Assembly (NCBI GenBank): GCA_963676905.2
Contig: CAXXVE010000002.1
Coordinates: 241,761-305,760 of the forward strand
Source: Oceanispirochaeta sp.
Lineage (GTDB): Bacteria; Spirochaetota; Spirochaetia; DSM-2461
Direction: 5' to 3'
DNA: 64,000 nucleotides
The notes under the pieces were generated by a model. The model was not told where the DNA came from. It saw only the letters and a list, made by a program, of their open reading frames with translations, and searched no databases. The stretch's first letter is position 1. Every line of letters starts with the position of its first letter. This document shows positions 57,667-64,000 of this stretch, piece by piece. A program made the translations under genes and the position numbers.

Positions 57667-60051
57667 TCAGCCGGCCAGCCTCAGGATTATGTCCTCCTGG
57701 ATTGCCGGTGAGAGGTCCAGAAAGTTCACGAAGGTACCGTGGATTCTCATGATATAGACTCCCGAAGGGGCATATTTTTCAGGTTTGTCCAGAACCTTTC
57801 TCAGGGTTTCCGGAGTGGTGACATTGACATAGAGGTAGAAGGGGTCCAGCTTTTTTGCCTCTCCGGAGAGGTTGAAAAGGGGCTCCAGAACCCTGCCGCG
57901 GAAGGCGGAGCCCTTGTCCTCCAGACTCTCTTCAGGAAAGTAGCCAGGATTGATGCCCAGGTGGCAGGCGCATCCTCCGTTCATCTCTTCATAGGGCAGT
58001 TTCCGCAGGGAGATCAGCCGGGAGTTCATTCCGGTTGTGGCCTCACCATAGAGGGGATCGACTCCGTAGCCCAGCATTGTTCTGGCCCGGCGGCCGTCGG
58101 GAGTAGCCCCTGTCCAGTAACCGTAGAGAAGGTGGGTGGAGGGGGAACTCCAGTCGGGACGGAAAGGACGGTCCAGATAGTTTTTCTGCTTTCTGATCTT
58201 TTCTGAAACCATTGAGACGATCTGCGCCGCCTCGCTGTCTACCGAGGCTATGTTGTTGCCGTACTTCGGGCTCTCCGCCAGGTACTGCCTGAGGATTTCG
58301 TTATCTTCAAAATCATTTTTAAGGGCTTCCAGAAGGGCCGCGCACTGGGCTTCACTCTTGGCTCCGGCAAAGTCCGATAGGGCCTGGAAGGAGTCGGCCA
58401 GTACAGAAAGGCCGTGGATGAGGCAGCCGCTGCCGTTGTAGAGGGTTCCCTGTTTTTCATCGTCCCTCAGATCGATTCCGCTCTCCAGTCCTCCCATGGC
58501 TGTACTTAGGAAGGGAACTCTCAGATGGGAGAGGGCCCTTGAGCAGTCATTGGCTGCCTCGGTCATGGAACTGATGGTATGGTCCAGCTGGCTGTAAAAG
58601 ATCTCTTTAATACTCAAAAGGAGGTCTTTTGCACTTCTCTTTTTTCCGCCTGAGAGCTCTTCAGGGGAGAGGGCGATCTTTTCACCAGTGATGGTGGAGC
58701 AGCCTTCGTTTAATGTCACTTCAAGCACCTTGGCCAGGTTCAGCCAGCTGTTTGTTGTGTTACCATTGTCCTTTCCGGCAATCAGGGGCTCCTGGCAGCC
58801 TGCAACGGCGTAGTTCCCGGCATCCTCTGCACTCACCCCGTGGTTCATGAGAAGGGGAATCATGGAGTCGTCGTTGAAGAGGGAGGGAGTCAGCTGTCCA
58901 GGAGAGAAGAAGAAGCGTCCTGTTTCCCTGTAGAGCTTTTCGGGGCTCTCCCTGTGGAGGCGCATGGAGAGAATCGGCTGGGGATAACGGCCCCTGTAGA
59001 ATGCGTCCATTACGGCATAGGTGGATTCGTTTGTCAGGTCTGCACCCTCTGCGCTGCGGCCGCTTAAAAGGAGGTTCTGGCTGATGGCCCAGCTTCTGTC
59101 ACCCACATTAAAAAAGGCCAGAAGAGCCTGAAAGAGGCCCGCCGCTGCCTCTCTGCCGGCTTTGTCGGATGACCTGTAGGGTTCAAAGAGGCGGTCTACA
59201 TTGCCGGCGGAAAAGGCGTAGGGGTTGGGCGCCTGTTCCAGGCACATGGTCTGCCAGCAGAGGATGAATATCTGCAGGGCATCGTAGAGGCTGCGGGCTC
59301 CCTTTCTGATGCTGTTATCAAGGGATTCAGCCATCAGGGCGAGCTCCTTCTCTCTCTGCCCGTTCGGCTCCCGGGAGATCTGTTCCAAAGCGATCTTTCT
59401 ATACCTTGAAGCCAGTATCTCCAGTGCATCCAGAGTCATCTCCATGGCTTTGAGGGTGTCCTTTCTGCCGGCATATTCACCGGAGGATATTTTGCCTGCA
59501 AGCTCCTCTTTGAGCCCCTCGGTGCCGCAGCTTATAATCTTTGAAAAGTCGGGGATCAGATGGCCTGTGACCTGTTCGACAAAGAAGATGGCTTCGGCTG
59601 TCTGTTTTTCCCATGGCTTGTAGGCCCGGGTCAGATCCTTCACATAGTCCGTGCCGGCGTAGTAGTCCTTTACCTTCTGAATCCTCTCTTCTGTCATTCC
59701 CTTCTCAGGTCCCAGATCACTGAACACCGCAAGGGGATCGCAGTAGCCCTTGAACTCCTCCACCTTGAAGGAGGGATGGATCAGGGCATAGCTGCTTGAG
59801 AAGCCATCGTTCTGGCTTCCGGCGAAGACTGCATTGGAACTGATGGAGAGGGGAAGCTGAGCCGCTACCGCCTTCAGCCTGAGGGCCGCCTGCATCTCCT
59901 TTGAAAGCCCCGTGGGGAGGGGCGTGTTCATATGTATTTCAAGAACCTTAAACCAGCCGTTCAGAATGGTTGTCTCTTTCTGCTCCTGAAAAAATGCATC
60001 AGCCAGCGCCGGAGCGCAGTCTTTGTCGGAATATATTTCCTGCCAGTTCAT
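57667..60051 (-). CDS. Glycyl radical enzyme (non-PFL; substrate unknown)
   Basis: 794 aa; Cys loop AGCQEP; C-terminal Gly loop MRIHGTFVNF; PDFSKII and ATPDGRRA motifs. Confidence 0.85.
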   Translation of the reverse strand: MNWQEIYSDKDCAPALADAFFQEQKETTILNGWFKVLEIHMNTPLPTGLSKEMQAALRLKAVAAQLPLSISSNAVFAGSQNDGFSSSYALIHPSFKVEEFKGYCDPLAVFSDLGPEKGMTEERIQKVKDYYAGTDYVKDLTRAYKPWEKQTAEAIFFVEQVTGHLIPDFSKIISCGTEGLKEELAGKISSGEYAGRKDTLKAMEMTLDALEILASRYRKIALEQISREPNGQREKELALMAESLDNSIRKGARSLYDALQIFILCWQTMCLEQAPNPYAFSAGNVDRLFEPYRSSDKAGREAAAGLFQALLAFFNVGDRSWAISQNLLLSGRSAEGADLTNESTYAVMDAFYRGRYPQPILSMRLHRESPEKLYRETGRFFFSPGQLTPSLFNDDSMIPLLMNHGVSAEDAGNYAVAGCQEPLIAGKDNGNTTNSWLNLAKVLEVTLNEGCSTITGEKIALSPEELSGGKKRSAKDLLLSIKEIFYSQLDHTISSMTEAANDCSRALSHLRVPFLSTAMGGLESGIDLRDDEKQGTLYNGSGCLIHGLSVLADSFQALSDFAGAKSEAQCAALLEALKNDFEDNEILRQYLAESPKYGNNIASVDSEAAQIVSMVSEKIRKQKNYLDRPFRPDWSSPSTHLLYGYWTGATPDGRRARTMLGYGVDPLYGEATTGMNSRLISLRKLPYEEMNGGCACHLGINPGYFPEESLEDKGSAFRGRVLEPLFNLSGEAKKLDPFYLYVNVTTPETLRKVLDKPEKYAPSGVYIMRIHGTFVNFLDLSPAIQEDIILRLAG

Positions 60052-60121
60052 TATATTTCTCCTTTATCTCTCAGTCCTTTTTAATGATGCTCACCCCCTG
60101 AACCGGTCCGCTCCGGGCCCT

Positions 60122-60994
60122 TCAGGTGGAAACTATTTCAATGCCTCTTTCTTTGAAGACGGCTTTATATTCCTCTTTCTGCTTTTCTGTTATATCCCCG
60201 TCGGGGCCTCTGTAGCTCTGGCCGATGGCCTCCCACTTGGGTCTTCCATAGCTGTGGAAGTAGAGAAGTTCAAGGTTGAGCTTCTCCGATGCAGGGAGGA
60301 AGGCAAAGAGTTCGGCAAAGCGCTCCATATCCCTGAGGCTGCTGTTAAAGCCGGGGATAATGGTGATCCGTGCCAGAGTACTTATCTTTCTTGCAGAAGC
60401 TTTCTGAAGATTTTCGATGACATGGGCACCGCTGTTTTTCAGTACATCTTTTACACCATGAAAGTTCCAGTGTTTCAAATCGAATATGAGAAGGTCTGTC
60501 AGATTCATGATCCTGTCCAGGTTTCTGTGGCTGCCGTTGGTTTCAAGGGCGCAGTGTATGCCTCTCTCTTTCAGGGATGTGAGGAGCTTTACAAGCTCGT
60601 CATACTGAAGGGTCGCTTCTCCTCCTGTAATTGTAACGCCCCCGCCGTCAAAAAAGAGCGGGCGGGACTCTTCGGCCATCCGGACAAGGTCATCCACCTC
60701 ATACTCTGTCGCGGTAAAGCTGATGCCCCGGTTCCGGTTTTTGTTCAGGCATTCCCTCTCTTTGCAGCTGAGGCAGATCTTTCTGTTCAGCCCGGAAGGG
60801 GAGACGGCGCCATGGGGGCAGACCCCGGCTTGCAGGGATTCAGGGCGGACAAAGAGCTCTCCCCTTATACTTCTGCCTTCGGGGTTGCTGCACCAGGGGC
60901 AGTCGAAATTGCACCCCTGAAAGTGGAGAAGGAGTCTGTTCCCCGGCCCGTCCTGGGAGTAGTTCCATCCTGTCTGAAAAATCCTGATACTCAT
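60122..60994 (-). CDS. Glycyl-radical activating enzyme (radical SAM)
   Basis: DGPGNR, GCNFDCPWCSNPE, GGVTITGGEA, ETNG, DLKH; short Cys-rich insertion. Confidence 0.92.
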   Translation of the reverse strand: MSIRIFQTGWNYSQDGPGNRLLLHFQGCNFDCPWCSNPEGRSIRGELFVRPESLQAGVCPHGAVSPSGLNRKICLSCKERECLNKNRNRGISFTATEYEVDDLVRMAEESRPLFFDGGGVTITGGEATLQYDELVKLLTSLKERGIHCALETNGSHRNLDRIMNLTDLLIFDLKHWNFHGVKDVLKNSGAHVIENLQKASARKISTLARITIIPGFNSSLRDMERFAELFAFLPASEKLNLELLYFHSYGRPKWEAIGQSYRGPDGDITEKQKEEYKAVFKERGIEIVST

Positions 60995-61032
60995 AATTGG
61001 TACATTATCACTGTACCAATTGATTCGTCAAA
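60995..61032 (-). promoter_or_regulatory. Promoter TTGACG-16-GATAAT with operator inverted repeat AATTGGTACA-N7-TGTACCAATT
   Basis: Perfect 10-bp IR at 60995-61021 bracketing the -10; ATG 10 nt after the -10. Confidence 0.7.
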
Positions 61033-61324
61033 TTCATTTTGCCTCTTTTGCTCAGAATCATTTAAGGATTTTATTAGAATCAGCAGGCCTCCAGGGCCGC
61101 TTTTCATCTGCCGGAGGGCAGGCTGTTTCCATTTGACACAGGCCGGATTCTCTTGAAAAAGGGGAGTGGGGAAATTTAACACATGAGGTTTTTAAGGCTG
61201 TTTGGGCAGTGTTTCTTTTTTCCTCAGTTCTCCCGGTCCAAGCTGTACGGCCCGTTCTTTTGAAATTTTATTAAATATATATCCAGTAAGTAAATGTGTT
61301 TGATTTTGGGTCTGGTTTTTCCAG

Positions 61325-61341
61325 TTGGCACAGTCTATGCA
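61325..61341 (+). promoter_or_regulatory. sigma54 (-24/-12) promoter upstream of the Hsp20 cluster
   Basis: TTGGCACAGTCTATGCA: GG-N10-GC with TGGCAC; AT-rich tract upstream. Confidence 0.7.
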
Positions 61342-61379
61342 ATATTGTTTTATAGAAACCAATATACAGGAGGTTCATT

Positions 61380-61781
61380 ATGAACAAAGATTTGATGATG
61401 TTTCCCTGGAATGATGTTCCTTCAGTATTCAGTCGGAGCTTCTTTGATTCTCCAGATCAGTTCAATGATCTGATGAAAGGCAAATGCGATTTTGAAGAGA
61501 GGGATGATGCCTATGAGATCGAAATGGAGCTGCCCGGTGTGAAGAAAGAAGAAGTGGACATTCAGTACAGGGACGACAGAGTGACCGTCAAGTGGTCACG
61601 GAGCAGAGAGAAGGCCAGAAAGAAGGGCCGCTACGAACGGCAGGAGGGAAGCTTCTCGAGAAGCTTTACAGTGGAAGGAGCCGATCCGGACAATATTTCA
61701 GCCTCCCTCAAAAAGGGTGTGCTGAAGATCGAACTGCCGAAACTGGCCGGATTTCAGGCCAGAAAGATTGAGATCCATTGA
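61380..61781 (+). CDS. Small heat-shock protein (Hsp20)
   Basis: ELPGVKKEEV, EGSFSRSF, KKGVLKIELPK. Confidence 0.92.
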   Translation: MNKDLMMFPWNDVPSVFSRSFFDSPDQFNDLMKGKCDFEERDDAYEIEMELPGVKKEEVDIQYRDDRVTVKWSRSREKARKKGRYERQEGSFSRSFTVEGADPDNISASLKKGVLKIELPKLAGFQARKIEIH

Positions 61782-61792
61782 GGAGGGACGAT

Positions 61793-62197
61793 ATGAATAG
61801 AACTATTTTTGATGACCTTTTTGATGTAAGCCGCCAGATGAACCGCATCCTGAGCGACTCGGGATGGCAGAACACGAAACGCTGGCCCGAAACCAATATC
61901 TATGAGAATCACGATGACTATATTCTGGTGGCAAAGGTTCCGGGGATGGACAAGGATGAACTGGATATTACCCTGAAAGACAACAGCCTTGTCATTTCCG
62001 GAGAGAGAAAGAAGGACGGTGTTTCCGGCGGGAATGCCCATCTTGATGAACGGTTCAGCGGAGCCTTCGAACGCAGCTTTATGCTCAATGAGAAGATCGA
62101 TACAGAGAAGATTGAAGCCGAAACATCCAACGGTCTGCTGATCATCAGGCTGCCCAAGGCCGCCGAGAGCAAACCGCGGAAAATCACAATCAAGTAG
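61793..62197 (+). CDS. Small heat-shock protein (Hsp20)
   Basis: PETNIYE, VPGMDK, ERFSGAFERSF, NGLLIIRLPK. Confidence 0.92.
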   Translation: MNRTIFDDLFDVSRQMNRILSDSGWQNTKRWPETNIYENHDDYILVAKVPGMDKDELDITLKDNSLVISGERKKDGVSGGNAHLDERFSGAFERSFMLNEKIDTEKIEAETSNGLLIIRLPKAAESKPRKITIK

Positions 62198-62207
62198 GAG
62201 GTTCTTT

Positions 62208-62594
62208 ATGGATATTATCAAGAAAGAAAAAGAGAACAAAAGCCTTGAGTCCACCAGGGGCAACAACTACAGGACTCCCGAATGTGATATTTATGAGACA
62301 AGTGATGCCTATGTTCTGTACTTTGATATTCCGGGAGTGGAAAAGGATGACCTGATTCTGAAAGTCGAGAAGGATACACTCTACCTGACAGCCGAATGCA
62401 CCAAGAGGGCCGGTGAGGGTTATGACTGCCTGAGAGACGAGATGATCTACTCGGGGTTCAGACGGAGTTTCCAGCTTGGCAACTCAGTCAATACAGAGAG
62501 CATCGATGCCGAGTACAAAAACGGCGCCCTGAAGCTCACTCTTCCCAAGCGGGAGGAGCAGAAGACAAAGCAGATAAAAATCAAGGTCGGCTGA
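62208..62594 (+). CDS. Small heat-shock protein (Hsp20)
   Basis: PECDIYE, DIPGVEK, FRRSFQL, NGALKLTLPK. Confidence 0.92.
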   Translation: MDIIKKEKENKSLESTRGNNYRTPECDIYETSDAYVLYFDIPGVEKDDLILKVEKDTLYLTAECTKRAGEGYDCLRDEMIYSGFRRSFQLGNSVNTESIDAEYKNGALKLTLPKREEQKTKQIKIKVG

Positions 62595-62646
62595 TAAAGC
62601 CCTGACGCCATGATGGGGCTGCTGGGATTCTAAACATCCCCTGATT

Positions 62647-62683
62647 CCGCTCCGTTGAAGAACTTTCAGCGGGGCGGTTTTTT
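62647..62683 (+). terminator. Intrinsic terminator after the Hsp20 cluster
   Basis: ccgctccgttgaa / ttcagcggggcgg stem followed by T6. Confidence 0.75.
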
Positions 62684-62699
62684 ATGCCCTTTCTCCCGG

Positions 62700-63893
62700 C
62701 TAAGCCAGAAACTCCCTTATAATCTGAAGGAATATCTCTACACCCGGCGGGATGAGACCGTCGTCAAAGTCATAGCTGAGGGAGTGGAGGGGAGGAGCGT
62801 CAGTTCCACTTCCAAGAAGGAATATGGCACCGCCCCTTGAGGCGCTTTTCAGAAGATGGCCAATGTCTTCGGAGCTGGCTGCTCCCTGTGCCGGTACTTC
62901 CAGGGGAATTCCGCAGCTCTCCGCGGCCCTTTGGACAATAAGGACAGCTTCGGGGCTGTTCGCCGCTTCAGGGAAGCTGTCTTTGAAGTGAAACTCCACC
63001 TCAAGCCTCTCCTCATGGGCAATCCCGCTGCCGAGGCTCCGGATCTTCTGCAGAAGCTCTTCCAGGTCATCCTGTTTTGCGGCCCTGACTGTCAGATGGA
63101 TGACTCCCTCCCCCGGGGATATTCCGAAGTCTTCACCCCCTGCCCGGATGCCCACGGTTGTAATCAGGCTGAAGTTTCCTGAGCTCCGGTCAGGGTTGTG
63201 GAGCTCCTCCAGGCAGGAGTGGATTCTCTTAATTCCCTCCACCGGGCTGATGCCCTCTTCCGGAAGGGAGGCGTGGGAGCTTCGGCCTGTGAGTTTAATG
63301 CTCATGCCCGTGGAGGCGGCAAACATCCCGCCCGGCTTGACCGATACGGTTCCCCGGGGGATGCCGGGCCAGTTGTGAAGGGCGAAGACCCAGTCGGGTG
63401 CAATACTCTCATAGCGGCTGTCATTCAGTACAGCAAGGGCTCCGGTTCCCGTCTCTTCGGCGGGCTGGAAGAGCAGAATCAGCCTTCCCTTTTTTATGGG
63501 ACTTTCATGGATGCTCCCAGTTGGACCGGGGACTGCGCCCGTCAGGAACGAAGCCGTTCCCGCAAGGATGCTCATATGACCGTCGTGGCCGCACTTGTGG
63601 GAGATCCCTCTGGTGACTGAAGAGTGGGGAAAGAGGGGAGGCTCATCAATGGGCAGAGCATCTGTCTCGGCCCGGAGCATCAGGGTCGGCCCCGGTTCTC
63701 TCCCTGTAAAGATCACAGCAAGTCCGCCGCCCCCCAGGCCGCTTATAATTTCAAAGTCCTGCCTGTCCCGGGGCAGGTCCTCCAGAAAGGATTTGAGGCG
63801 GATACAGCTCGGCTCCTCCCCTCCGGGGAGGTCCGGATGGCTGTGAAGCTCCCGTCTCAGTTCTTTTAGTGAGGTATGCAGTTGTCTGTTCAA
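62700..63893 (-). CDS. M20 family amidohydrolase
   Basis: LHSHPDL, LRAETDALP, HKCGHDGH, FQPAEE, ALHNWP, SEDIG, LHSLSYDFDD. Confidence 0.9.
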   Translation of the reverse strand: MNRQLHTSLKELRRELHSHPDLPGGEEPSCIRLKSFLEDLPRDRQDFEIISGLGGGGLAVIFTGREPGPTLMLRAETDALPIDEPPLFPHSSVTRGISHKCGHDGHMSILAGTASFLTGAVPGPTGSIHESPIKKGRLILLFQPAEETGTGALAVLNDSRYESIAPDWVFALHNWPGIPRGTVSVKPGGMFAASTGMSIKLTGRSSHASLPEEGISPVEGIKRIHSCLEELHNPDRSSGNFSLITTVGIRAGGEDFGISPGEGVIHLTVRAAKQDDLEELLQKIRSLGSGIAHEERLEVEFHFKDSFPEAANSPEAVLIVQRAAESCGIPLEVPAQGAASSEDIGHLLKSASRGGAIFLLGSGTDAPPLHSLSYDFDDGLIPPGVEIFLQIIREFLA

Positions 63894-64000
63894 TTTACGG
63901 CTCCCGGGATATAGATCATTTCTGGAATCCCGGATTCATTTTATCCCTCCCGGGATTTCTTTGAAAGGACTCTCTCTCTGCCGGGGCATCAGTTCTCTTT

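Noticed and set aside
60023-61156. 377-aa + strand ORF over the activating-enzyme gene
   Set aside because: Antisense shadow of a motif-rich radical SAM gene; no SD or recognisable domain.
72-63869. Many 60-205 aa ORFs antisense to or nested in called genes (e.g. 1038-1655, 15279-15896, 29012-29602)
   Set aside because: Expected shadows in GC-rich coding DNA; no independent motifs.
63894-64000. Repeated cccggga motifs at the window edge
   Set aside because: Too short and truncated to interpret.

Overview
The window looks like a Spirochaetaceae-type anaerobe chromosome (inferred from secreted-protein N-termini such as VFANGS/LFSSGQ and gene content). The backbone is GC-rich. It carries a vor-buk-ptb branched-chain 2-oxoacid/ATP operon, pncB, wrbA, a CDF transporter, a diguanylate cyclase, a TetR/DUF4386 pair, a LacI + two-component + CUT2 sugar ABC + SIS/ROK locus, an arsR-acr3-CoA-disulfide reductase/rhodanese locus, an alpha-glucosidase, a glycyl-radical-enzyme operon with a sedoheptulokinase-like kinase, three Hsp20 genes behind a sigma54-type promoter, and an M20 amidohydrolase. 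The main accessory feature is a visibly AT-rich 15.7 kb minus-strand integron cassette array (about 37.06-52.81 kb) with 9 attC sites plus a candidate array-head site, and no integrase gene in the window. The same 1484-bp cassette, encoding a divergent IS91-like HUH (Y2) endonuclease, occurs twice with boundaries exactly at the G|TT crossovers; one copy is interrupted by IS21. Other cassettes encode two Fic proteins with their own promoters, a nucleotidyltransferase, an MGT glycosyltransferase, an esterase, a lipoprotein, a frameshifted membrane protein and an M23 peptidase. Best candidates for undescribed biology: the cassette-borne HUH nuclease, the atypical glycyl radical enzyme/kinase operon, and a catalytically dead ABC ATPase between a sensor-less histidine kinase and a sugar transporter. 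All family calls come from motif reading by eye, with no database searches.
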